Positions 15,749 to 22,992 of a DNA stretch of 24,000 nt are shown piece by piece. A program made the position numbers and the translations under genes. The DNA is from an uncultured Actinomycetota bacterium (GTDB taxonomy: Bacteria > Actinomycetota > Actinomycetes > Propionibacteriales > Actinopolymorphaceae): NCBI GenBank assembly GCA_963721745.1, contig CAVRKO010000015.1, positions 614,003 to 638,002 of the forward strand, given 5' to 3'. Under the pieces are notes generated by a model. The model was not told the DNA's origin. It searched no databases and was given only the letters and a program-made list of their open reading frames with translations. Numbering within the stretch: the first letter of the stretch is position 1; every line of letters begins with the position of its first letter.

Positions 15749-16270
15749 GTGGGTGCAGAGACGGTGCTCGAGCCGGTGACCGTCGAGAGCCGGCCGGTGG
15801 TCGAACGACTCTGGCAGCTCTACCGCCATGACTTGTCCGAGTTCCGCGGGACGCTGCCGGACGTCGACGGCACGTTCACGCCCGGCCGGCTCCCCAGGTT
15901 CTACGACGATCCCGACCGGGCCGCGTACCTCGTCCAGACCGCCGCACGCCCGACCGGTTTCGCCCTGGTACGCGGGCTGTCCGAGGCCCCTGCGGTCGTG
16001 GGCGAGTTCTTCGTCGTACGCGCGGCTCGCCGCCAGGGCGTCGGGCACGACGCCGCGCTCGACCTCTTCCGCCGCCATCCGGGCACGTGGGAGATCCCGT
16101 TCCAGGAGGAGAACCCCGGCGCCGCGCGCTTCTGGCGCCGGGTCGCCACGGCAGCCGTCGGCGACACGTGGTGCGAGGAACCGCGGCCGGTCCCGGGCAG
16201 ACCAGAGGTCCCTCCGGACGTGTGGATCACCCTCGATACGCGAGGGCCGAAGACGACTCAGAGCGCCTAG
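15749..16270 (+). CDS. GNAT family N-acetyltransferase
   Basis: GTG 15749 follows gaaggcgagg. The sequence is VVERLWQLYRHDLSEFRG...GFALVRG...VVGEFFVVRAARRQGVGHDAALDLFRRHPGTWEIPFQEENPGAARFWRRV, which contains the acetyl-CoA binding R-x-x-G-x-G motif. Confidence 0.75.
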   Translation: MGAETVLEPVTVESRPVVERLWQLYRHDLSEFRGTLPDVDGTFTPGRLPRFYDDPDRAAYLVQTAARPTGFALVRGLSEAPAVVGEFFVVRAARRQGVGHDAALDLFRRHPGTWEIPFQEENPGAARFWRRVATAAVGDTWCEEPRPVPGRPEVPPDVWITLDTRGPKTTQSA

Positions 16271-16474
16271 AAGCCGGGCGATCGGAATCGGTGTGGAGGC
16301 CCGCGCGCGTTCGCTCTGGCCGGGAATGGTCACCCCGTGGAGCGGCCCTTCCTGTGGTAGCGTGCCTGCCTCGCCGGCCTTCGTAGAACCGCTCCTACAT
16401 GGTTACGGTGCATGGTGGTTCGCCGGACGCGGGGGTAGTGCGATGCAGGCGCTGAGAGACCTTAGGTAGGCCTC

Positions 16475-17149
16475 ATGGCTCCCCACACACGTTCGAGCTG
16501 CGGCCATCGCGGCTGTCTCGTCCCCGGGCAGGAACGGCTCCTCACCGGCGCCACGATGGTCACCTTCGGGCGTACCGCCCTCTCGCTCGGGCTGGCGCTC
16601 TATGGCGCCTTCGCGCATTCGCTGGCGTGGTTGTTGGCCGCCCTCCTGGCGTACTGGATCGGCGACATCGCCGACGGGGCCCTCGCTCGCCTCACCGACT
16701 CCGAGACGCGGATCGGGGCCGCCTTCGACATCATCTGTGACCGGCTGTGCGCCGTGACCTTCTATGTCGGTCTCGCCTGGATCTATCCCGGAATGTCGGT
16801 GGCGGTCGGCGTCTATCTCTTCCAGTTCGCGGTCGTCGACACGTTCCTGTCGTTGGGATTCCTCGCCTGGCCACTCGTCAGCCCCAACTACTTCTATCGC
16901 GTCGACGTCATGATCTGGCGACTGAACTGGTCGAAGATCGGCAAGACACTGAACTCCTCGCTCTTCGCCGTCCTGCTCCTCCTCACCCACTCCGTGACGC
17001 TGGGGATCGTGATCGGGTGCGGCCTGCTCGCCCTCAAGGTGTGGTCGCTGGTACGCCTGATGCGGATCGGGCTCCCGGTTCCCACCGGCTGTGCGGAGAG
17101 CCGCGCCCGCACCGCGGACGGCGAGTCGATCGGCCACCCGGCAACGTGA
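16475..17149 (+). CDS. CDP-alcohol phosphatidyltransferase family protein
   Basis: The signature D-x2-D-G-x2-A-R-x8-G-x3-D-x3-D is present as GDIADGALARLTDSETRIGAAFDIICDR. There are several TM segments. Confidence 0.85.
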   Translation: MAPHTRSSCGHRGCLVPGQERLLTGATMVTFGRTALSLGLALYGAFAHSLAWLLAALLAYWIGDIADGALARLTDSETRIGAAFDIICDRLCAVTFYVGLAWIYPGMSVAVGVYLFQFAVVDTFLSLGFLAWPLVSPNYFYRVDVMIWRLNWSKIGKTLNSSLFAVLLLLTHSVTLGIVIGCGLLALKVWSLVRLMRIGLPVPTGCAESRARTADGESIGHPAT

Positions 17150-17601
17150 AACTCCTGCTCAGCACCTTCGGTTACTGCATCGCCTCCGCCCTCATTCCGG
17201 TCGTCAATGCCGAGGCGTACGTCGGTGAGGTCGCCACCCTCGCCCGGGGTGTCAACCCCTGGTCGCTCGCGGCGGCCGCCGCGAGCGGGCAGATGCTGGG
17301 CAAACTCGTCTTCTACCTGCTCGGGCAGAGTTCGCTCAACTGGCGATGGGTACGCAAGAAGACCGACACTCCACAATGGCAGGCCCGAATCGAGAAGTGG
17401 CGCGCCCGCATCGGCAACAACCGCTGGATGGCCGGTGCGGTCATCCTGGTCTCGGCGTCGACCGGATTTCCGCCGCTGGCCATCCTGTCGGTCGTCGCCG
17501 GACAGCTGCGAGTGCCGGTCACGCTCTTCCTGGCGGCCGGCCTGGTGGGCCGCTTCCTGCGATTCGCCTCGATCCTGGGGCTGGTCGCCTACCTCACCTG
17601 A
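17146..17601 (+). CDS. YqaA-like / VTT (DedA-superfamily) small membrane protein
   Basis: GTG 17146 overlaps the upstream stop (GTGA). The sequence is FGYCIASALIPVVNAEAYVGEVA...ASGQMLGKLVFYLLGQ...ILVSASTGFPPLAILSVVAGQLRVP...GLVGRFLRF. Confidence 0.7.
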   Translation: MKLLLSTFGYCIASALIPVVNAEAYVGEVATLARGVNPWSLAAAAASGQMLGKLVFYLLGQSSLNWRWVRKKTDTPQWQARIEKWRARIGNNRWMAGAVILVSASTGFPPLAILSVVAGQLRVPVTLFLAAGLVGRFLRFASILGLVAYLT

Positions 17602-17612
17602 CGCGCTGCAGA

Positions 17613-18338
17613 ATGAGGTCCGTGCGGTCGCCGGTACGGTTCCACGCTGTCGTGTTCGATCTCTTCGAGACGCTGGTCACCGAGTTCGACCCGGACTGGC
17701 GCTGGCACCCCGCGGGCACACCTGCGGGCCGTCTCGGCGTTCCCCGCGAGGTCTTCGACCAGGTGTGGCGGAGCCGCGCCGTCGAACGCATGACCCGTCC
17801 GACGGACTACCGAGCCGTCCTGCGCGAGGCCTGCGATCTCGCTGGCATCGGCCTCGACGCATCCGTCGAGAACGTCATCGCGGAGTTGCACTCCGAACGC
17901 CTGGCGGCGAAGGCAATGCCACTGCTCGACGTGGGAGAGGCCGTGCTCGAGGCCCTTCACCAGCTGAGGTCGTACGGGCTGAAGCTCGGTCTGGTCAGCA
18001 ACTGCTCGGTCGAGGAGGTGGCTGCGTGGGAGCAGAGCCCGCTGGCTCCGCTGTTCGATGCTGCCGTCTTCTCGTACCGCGTCGGGCATGCCAAGCCGGT
18101 CGGCGACAGCTACCTCATGGCCTGCCGGCGGCTCGGCACGCCACCAGAACACTGCGTGTTCGTCGGAGACGGCGGAAGCGAGGAGCTGCTCGGCGCCGCA
18201 CGCGTAGGCATGAAGCCGTACTGCGCGCGGTGGTTCCTGGACCGGTGGCCCGAGTGGCGACGGCGCCGGACAGACGACGCCACGGCCGGATATCCCCCGC
18301 TGCGTAGCCTCACGGAGCTCGTCACTCTCGTCAGCTGA
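17613..18338 (+). CDS. HAD family hydrolase
   Basis: ATG 17613. Motif I is AVVFDLFETLV, motif II is LGLVSNCS, and motifs III/IV are GHAKP...VFVGDGGSEEL. Confidence 0.85.
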   Translation: MRSVRSPVRFHAVVFDLFETLVTEFDPDWRWHPAGTPAGRLGVPREVFDQVWRSRAVERMTRPTDYRAVLREACDLAGIGLDASVENVIAELHSERLAAKAMPLLDVGEAVLEALHQLRSYGLKLGLVSNCSVEEVAAWEQSPLAPLFDAAVFSYRVGHAKPVGDSYLMACRRLGTPPEHCVFVGDGGSEELLGAARVGMKPYCARWFLDRWPEWRRRRTDDATAGYPPLRSLTELVTLVS

Positions 18339-18339
18339 C

Positions 18340-18401
18340 GTCGAGGGGTCAGAAACTGTGGACCTGACGACGAGACCGTCTACCGTTTCCGACCCCTCGA
18401 C
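18340..18401. terminator. Long inverted repeat between convergent genes (11-bp perfect arms gtcgaggggtc / gacccctcgac, extended by gaaac/gtttc)
   Basis: Direct reading. The arms are at 18340-18350 and 18391-18401, between the stop at 18338(+) and the stop at 18445(-). Confidence 0.5.
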
Positions 18402-18444
18402 CGCTTGCCGACCGACGGGCCGAGCGCTGGCCTTCGGGCAAGCC

Positions 18445-19278
18445 CTAGGACTGCTGCTGCGCGTCGAGGAAGTCGAGGATGACCGCGGCGAACAGCGGCG
18501 AGTCGCACAGGTTGTAGTGGGTCAGCCCGGGCAGGATCGCCAGCGCGTGGCCGCCCTTCGGCCGGCCCTCGCCCATCCAGCCGCCGTCGCGCAGGCCACC
18601 GTCGAGCAGCTTGAACATCTCGATGTAGTGGCTCGGCGGCGCCATGTCCGCGTCGGCGGCGACGAGGAGGGTCGGCACCTGGAGGCCTCGCAGCTCCTCG
18701 GAGTAGTCGAAGTCCTGGGCCATCGCCGCGCCGATCTTGTCCAGCAGCTGCCCGAAGTCCTCCGGGCGCGGCGCCACCCGTTGGTAGAGCTCCCACATCG
18801 GCGTGTCCTTCATGAAGTCCACCGCCGCGGCGTTGACCTGAGCCTGCTGGGCAAGCATCTCGGCCGGGATCGCATCGCGCCGGATGTTCGCCGAGCCGAT
18901 GACGACCCGGCCGACCCTCTCGGGGTACTTCGCCGCCGTGTGGAACGCGACCCCGCCGCCGAGCGAGAAGCCGACGACGTCCGGCCGCTCGAGCCCGAGG
19001 TGCTCGATGAGAGCGGCGACGTCGTCCGCCATCAGCCGCACGTCGATCGGTCGGTCGATGTCAGCGGTACGTCCGTGGCCCTGCAGGTCGACGGCGATGA
19101 CCTGGTGGGACTCGGAAAGCGCGGGCAGGATCGGCCCGAACATCTCGCCGGATCCGAGCCCGCCGTGGAGCAGGACCATCGGGCGCCCGGTGCCGTGGGT
19201 CTCGTAGTAGAGGTGGATGCCGTTGACGTCGGCGTACGCGCCGATGCCCTTCGTCTCGCTCGCCCACTCGGTGGTCAC
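18445..19278 (-). CDS. Alpha/beta fold hydrolase
   Basis: GTG 19278 follows aaggag. The sequence is GIHLYYETHGTGRPMVLLHGGLGSGEMFGPILPAL...QVIAVDLQGHGRT...VVGFSLGGGVA, which contains the nucleophile elbow GxSxG. The track's 38-aa N-terminal extension is unlikely to be real. Confidence 0.9.
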   Translation of the reverse strand: MTTEWASETKGIGAYADVNGIHLYYETHGTGRPMVLLHGGLGSGEMFGPILPALSESHQVIAVDLQGHGRTADIDRPIDVRLMADDVAALIEHLGLERPDVVGFSLGGGVAFHTAAKYPERVGRVVIGSANIRRDAIPAEMLAQQAQVNAAAVDFMKDTPMWELYQRVAPRPEDFGQLLDKIGAAMAQDFDYSEELRGLQVPTLLVAADADMAPPSHYIEMFKLLDGGLRDGGWMGEGRPKGGHALAILPGLTHYNLCDSPLFAAVILDFLDAQQQS

Positions 19279-19403
19279 AGTGTTGCTCCTTGCATCATCG
19301 TTCGTGGTGCGGATGCTAGTGAGACCTGACCCGGCCGCGGGACTCATCGGCGAAAAGCCGAGGAAAATTCTGGGCCGGGCGTACGCCTCCACACCTGACG
19401 CGC

Positions 19404-19619
19404 CTACCGTCCGTGGGTTGGCTCAGGACCGGCGCCGTCGGTGATCTGCCACGACCCCACGTCCTGGTAGGCCGAGTCGTAGATCCTCGAGGCGTCACCA
19501 GGTGTCAACGAGTAGTGCTTCAGGTTGCCTGCCCAGTACCGAAGGATGCGCCCCAGTTCCTTCTCTGCGTTGCCACCGAACGCGTCGTCACCCATGTCGA
19601 CCTCGAGCGTGAACTTCAC
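19404..19619 (-). CDS. Small hypothetical protein (71 aa)
   Basis: GTG 19619 is preceded by a strong ggaggagg with a spacer of about 8 nt. The sequence is VKFTLEVDMGDDAFGGNAEKELGRILRYWAGNLKHYSLTPGDASRIYDSAYQDVGSWQITDGAGPEPTHGR. I did not recognise a family. The rest of track ORF 19404..20096 looks like a shadow. Confidence 0.5.
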   Translation of the reverse strand: MKFTLEVDMGDDAFGGNAEKELGRILRYWAGNLKHYSLTPGDASRIYDSAYQDVGSWQITDGAGPEPTHGR

Positions 19620-19647
19620 CGTCCCACCCCTCCTCCGCCGTAGCGCC

Positions 19648-19673
19648 GCCGGCACCTCGCCGGCACCTCGCCG
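19648..19673. repeat. 11-nt tandem repeat gccggcacctc x2 (+gccg) in the divergent intergenic region
   Basis: Direct reading. A 10-bp palindrome gccacgtggc follows at 19700-19709. Confidence 0.8.
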
Positions 19674-19827
19674 ACCAACGATCCTAGGGTCGCCGGCGCG
19701 CCACGTGGCCACTCTCGGCCGGCCTGGTGAATTCGGCCCGGCCGGGCGGTCCGGCGTGCCCAGCTGGGTCTCGGGCCTGCCCGACGCGGGCCGTTGCCGC
19801 CCAACTCGAAGGAACGAGATCGGTGCC

Positions 19828-20361
19828 ATGGCTGAGGAGTTCCTCCCCGACTTCGACCTGGCCGCGCTGTTCGGTGCCCTGGACCAGCAGCGGTCGCTGA
19901 AGGGGCTGACCTGGCAGGGCCTGGCGCGCGAGATCAACGGCCCTGCCATCCGTGGCGGCGCCGCCCGCCCCAGGGCGATCGCCGCGTCGACCATCAAGAG
20001 CCTGGCGGACAAGCGCGTCGCCGAGGGCGACGGCGTACTGCAGATGCTCATCTGGCTGGGACGTACGCCGGAGAGCTTCGTACCCGACCACCCCATGGCC
20101 GAGGCTCCGGAGGCGGCCTTGCCACGGGTCGGTCCGGATCAGATGCTGCGTTGGGACACCCGGGCGTTGCACCGCGCACTCCAGGCTCAGCGCACGGAAC
20201 GGCGGCTGACCTGGCAGCAGGTCGCTCGTGAACTGCGCTGCGGTCCCGGTCAGCTGACCTACCTCGCCCAGGGTGGGCGCGTCGGTTTCCCCGGGGTGAT
20301 GAGGGTGGTCCGATGGCTCGGTAGGCCCGCGGCCCAGTTCACCCGAGCCGTCGACCGATGA
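19828..20361 (+). CDS. Hypothetical protein with two tandem XRE-like helix-turn-helix modules
   Basis: ATG 19828. Two similar modules are present. Module 1 is LTWQGLAREING...STIKSLADKRVAEGDGVLQMLIWLGRTPESF. Module 2 is LTWQQVARELRCGPGQLTYLAQGGRVGFPGVMRVVRWLGRPAAQF. Confidence 0.55.
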   Translation: MAEEFLPDFDLAALFGALDQQRSLKGLTWQGLAREINGPAIRGGAARPRAIAASTIKSLADKRVAEGDGVLQMLIWLGRTPESFVPDHPMAEAPEAALPRVGPDQMLRWDTRALHRALQAQRTERRLTWQQVARELRCGPGQLTYLAQGGRVGFPGVMRVVRWLGRPAAQFTRAVDR

Positions 20362-20371
20362 TGCTCACCGG

Positions 20372-20707
20372 CTACTGGACGCGGTTTTCCCGGGCCGTCG
20401 TCATCGCTGAGGGTCGACGGTGCCGCCACGGTGCGATGGCCAGAGCCATGCAGCCCACCGTAACGACGGCGAGGCACACCAGGGCTGGGTTCACCCACCC
20501 GGGTACGAGATCGAACGCAGCGCTGCATCTGTTGTGGAGTGGGAACCAACGCCCCGGCTCCTCCCAGTGCGCCGCCCGGTAGGCCTGGTCGTAGGGCTGG
20601 CCCAGCCCTGCACACGTCTCGTCGATCTCGTGTCCGCCGGAGAACATCCCGACGACGTACACGGCACCCGTCACCAGCGCCGACAGGGCGGAGAGCCCTA
20701 CCCACAT
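20372..20707 (-). CDS. Small 2-TM membrane protein (about 111 aa; may start further upstream at GTG 20749)
   Basis: MWVGLSALSALVTGAVYVVGMF...(about 55-aa loop with 2 Cys: ETCAGLGQPYDQAYRAAHWEEPGRWFPLHNRC)...WVNPALVCLAVVTVGCMALAIAPW. The N-terminal 79 aa of the track ORF are doubtful. Confidence 0.45.
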   Translation of the reverse strand: MWVGLSALSALVTGAVYVVGMFSGGHEIDETCAGLGQPYDQAYRAAHWEEPGRWFPLHNRCSAAFDLVPGWVNPALVCLAVVTVGCMALAIAPWRHRRPSAMTTARENRVQ

Positions 20708-20910
20708 GCCGGTCCGACGCCGAAGCCCGGGCCGGCTGGTCGATCTCACGGGCTGATCATGACAGAGCGTCGCCAGGCGGGCGGGTGGCCCGGGGCTCGA
20801 CGTGCACTCCGGCCCACGGTGGCGCCTGCGGTGGGCAGTAAACGAGACATCGATGTCACCAGGTTCTCGTCCGATGTCGAGTGTGTGCCGGCCCCAACGG
20901 GGCATCTGAA

Positions 20911-20995
20911 GTGAACCGGCCCGCTCGCAGGCAGGTCCCGGCATCCCGGCGGCGGGGCCATCGGTTCACCTTTAGGCCAGAGGCGAGCGGGCCGG
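20911..20995 (-). other. Structured element immediately 3' of the MurE-like stop: 13-bp perfect inverted repeat plus a competing 8-bp pairing
   Basis: ccggcccgctcgc (20916-20928) pairs with gcgagcgggccgg (20983-20995). gtgaaccg (20911-20918) pairs with cggttcac (20962-20969). The two pairings share 3 nt (20916-20918). Confidence 0.4.
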
Positions 20996-21003
20996 CCATG
21001 AAG

Positions 21004-22503
21004 CTACCCCGCACCGAGCGGCGGCCTCCGCACTCCTCTCCGTCTGGCCAGGCAACGCCCAACTGCAGCTGCGTCGCTGAACTCAACCGCGTTCTCCCCC
21101 ACGATCTGGTATTTCTCGTCGCCCCTGCCGGCGATCACCACCACATCATGACCGTGCGCCTCGTCGACCGCCCACTGAATTGCGTCCTCACGGTTGGCGA
21201 GTTTCACGTACCGACAGCCTGTTTGCTCGACGCCACGTTCCACCTGTCGCGTGATGGCCTCAGGATCTTCGGTTCTCGGGTTGTCGGTAGTCAGCACGCA
21301 AACGTCAGAGCCAGAACCAGCGACTCTCCCCATCGGCTCTCGTTTCGTCCTGTCTCTGTCGCCACCACAGCCAAGGACGGTGATAACTCGCCCCTTCGAG
21401 AATGCCCGCACCGTCGTGAGGAGACCTCGGAGGCCGACGGTAGTGTGCGCGTAGTCGACGATGACTCTCAGTCCGTCTGTCGAGCGTACGACCTGGAACC
21501 TCCCGGGCACCGAACTCGACTGCGACGTAGCGTCTACGGCCTCCGCAAGCCCGTGGCCGAGTTCTACGCAGACCGCAGTCGCCGCCAGGCAGTTGTACAC
21601 CGCGAACATCCCTGGCGTCTCGGACAGCGCTCGCACTTCCTTGCCACCATGGGATATGACGAACGTCGCACGAGTGCCATCGACGTGAATGTCGCTCGCC
21701 GTGAACGCGTGCCGGCGCCCTTCGAGTCCGTACGTCAGAACAGGCCCGCGCGCCACCCGGCTGACAACCTTCGAGAATTCGTCGTCGCCGTTCACGATGG
21801 CACGAGTGCACAGCTCGAAGAGTCGGAGTTTCGCTCGACGATACGCCTCAACCGACCCGTGCGCGTCCAGGTGATCACTCGTCAGGTTGGTGAGGACGCC
21901 GATGTCTACTCTCGATCCGGCAAGCCTCTCGGCGTCCAACGCGATCGACGAGGTCTCCAGGACCACATGCGTCGCCCCGCGTTCGCGCAGGCCGGCAAGG
22001 ATCCTCTGCAGATCAATGGCCTCTGGCGTCGTGGGAGTGGATCGGGGATGGGCGACGGGGTGGCCGTCGAGGGACGCGCCGGTGGTGCCGACTGTTCCCG
22101 TAGGTTGGCCGAGCCTCGTCAGGGCTCCACCGACAATGTACGATACCGAGGACTTTCCATCAGTTCCGGTAACCGCTATGACCTTCATGTCCCTGGTCGG
22201 CTGCCGGAAGAAGCGGCTGGCCACTCGTCCTGCGGCAGACCGGGTGCTCGGCACGTGCACAACCGTCGAGCCGGGAGCCGCCATCGCAGCGGCGTGGATG
22301 TCCTCGACGAGGAACGCTCTCGTGCCGCGGCGACCACAGTCCCGGATGTAAGAATGCCCGTCGACGCGCCTGCCCTTGAGGCAGATGAAGAGGCTTCCCG
22401 CTTTCGCGTCATCGGAATGCGCCGTGATGTCTGTGATCGGTTGCTGCGCATCCCCGGAGACCAGTGACCAGTCCACATCGGATAGCAACTCGCTCAGCCG
22501 CAT
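21004..22503 (-). CDS. murE: Mur ligase family protein, MurE-type (UDP-N-acetylmuramoyl-L-alanyl-D-glutamate--2,6-diaminopimelate ligase-like), orphan copy
   Basis: ATG 22503 follows gagaggga. The sequence starts MRLSELLSDV...SLFICLKGRRVDGHSYI. The P-loop is IAVTGTDGKSS. Further motifs are VLETSSIAL, GVLTNLTSDHLDAHGSVEAYRRAKLRLF, VDYAHT, VLGCGGDRDRTKR and the DAP-specifying TTDNPRTEDP. It ends GRGDEKYQIV. Confidence 0.85.
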   Translation of the reverse strand: MRLSELLSDVDWSLVSGDAQQPITDITAHSDDAKAGSLFICLKGRRVDGHSYIRDCGRRGTRAFLVEDIHAAAMAAPGSTVVHVPSTRSAAGRVASRFFRQPTRDMKVIAVTGTDGKSSVSYIVGGALTRLGQPTGTVGTTGASLDGHPVAHPRSTPTTPEAIDLQRILAGLRERGATHVVLETSSIALDAERLAGSRVDIGVLTNLTSDHLDAHGSVEAYRRAKLRLFELCTRAIVNGDDEFSKVVSRVARGPVLTYGLEGRRHAFTASDIHVDGTRATFVISHGGKEVRALSETPGMFAVYNCLAATAVCVELGHGLAEAVDATSQSSSVPGRFQVVRSTDGLRVIVDYAHTTVGLRGLLTTVRAFSKGRVITVLGCGGDRDRTKREPMGRVAGSGSDVCVLTTDNPRTEDPEAITRQVERGVEQTGCRYVKLANREDAIQWAVDEAHGHDVVVIAGRGDEKYQIVGENAVEFSDAAAVGRCLARRRGVRRPPLGAG

Positions 22504-22835
22504 ACTGTCCCTCTCACGTCTTCCCGACCGCAACAGCTAGCTGGCGTGCAAGCTGCGAAGCGGTCGAGCGTCCTGCCAGTGGATGGGCCCGAACTCTGCG
22601 TCCCTGGGTTGATCGCGCGTGCCCCGCAGAGCGGTCGAACGAAGCCGACCATCGCCCGTTCGGCATCGGTCGAAGCGGTGACGGGCCCCCGCGGAGACGG
22701 CCATCGGGCCGCTCTAGCAAACCTTGATTCACTCAAGCACATGCGTCTGGCCGGCCACGAAGGCTCCGGATGAACCGCTCGCGTTGGCCGTCCTCTCGCG
22801 AGCCAGGTTCGACACCGCCATAGTCCGAAAGGCGG

Positions 22836-22864
22836 TTGACTTCTGGGTGCAACCATCATAGCTT
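22836..22864 (+). promoter_or_regulatory. Candidate promoter for the RibD_C/DHFR-family gene (ttgact-17 nt-tagctt)
   Basis: ttgact at 22836-22841 and tagctt at 22859-22864. This would give a leader of about 125 nt containing two hairpins, at 22897-22935 and 22957-22974. The pattern match is by eye only. Confidence 0.3.
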
Positions 22865-22992
22865 TTTCGCTGGTGTTGGAGTCGATCCAAGGGCGCGGCA
22901 TCGGACGCAGCTCGAACCCTCCGGGTTCGGATGCCTGGCAGGGAGCTCATGGCGAGGGCGACGAAGGGGTCGCCACGAGGGAGGACACAGCA

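Noticed and set aside
16326-16469. 47-aa ORF (MVTPWSGPSCGSVPASPAFVEPLLHGYGAWWFAGRGGSAMQALRDLR) upstream of the phosphatidyltransferase gene
   Set aside because: Third-position GC is only about two thirds by my count, far below the real genes here. There is no convincing RBS, so it is probably non-coding leader.
20708-20944. 79-aa N-terminal extension of the 2-TM mini-protein ORF (20372..20944)
   Set aside because: The extension is Arg/Pro-rich and runs through the inverted-repeat element. The hydrophobic, protein-like part starts at ATG 20707, or possibly at GTG 20749.
20881-22467. 528-aa + strand ORF antisense to the MurE-like gene, notable because this region has lower GC
   Set aside because: It occupies exactly the complementary codon register (both ORFs have codon low ends at positions congruent to 1 mod 3). 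It stays open simply because the ligase uses no TTA, CTA or TCA codons after codon 13, and its stop at 22465-22467 is the complement of a TCA codon. The translation has no recognisable motifs, whereas the minus frame has the full Mur ligase motif set.
22546-22773. 75-aa + strand ORF and 72-aa/135-aa minus-strand ORFs inside the 490-nt intergenic region
   Set aside because: They have mediocre third-position GC, no RBS and no motifs, and they overlap each other. I treat the region as non-coding until shown otherwise.
22797-22940. tRNA-like T-arm strings (ccaggttcgacaccgcc at 22803-22819; ccgggttcggatgcc at 22921-22935) that might mark a tRNA gene or an integration att site
   Set aside because: The flanking bases do not form a 5-bp T-stem, and no acceptor or anticodon arms can be drawn. 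No integrase is nearby.
22865-22992. Possible ZTP (pfl) or THF riboswitch in front of the DHFR-family gene
   Set aside because: The functional context would fit. However, I only see loose resemblance (gcugguG..., gaugccuggca) to the conserved ZTP elements as I remember them (GACUGGCG ... CCGCCUGGGC), and I see no THF-like core. I report it only as an unclassified structured leader, and an Rfam scan would decide.
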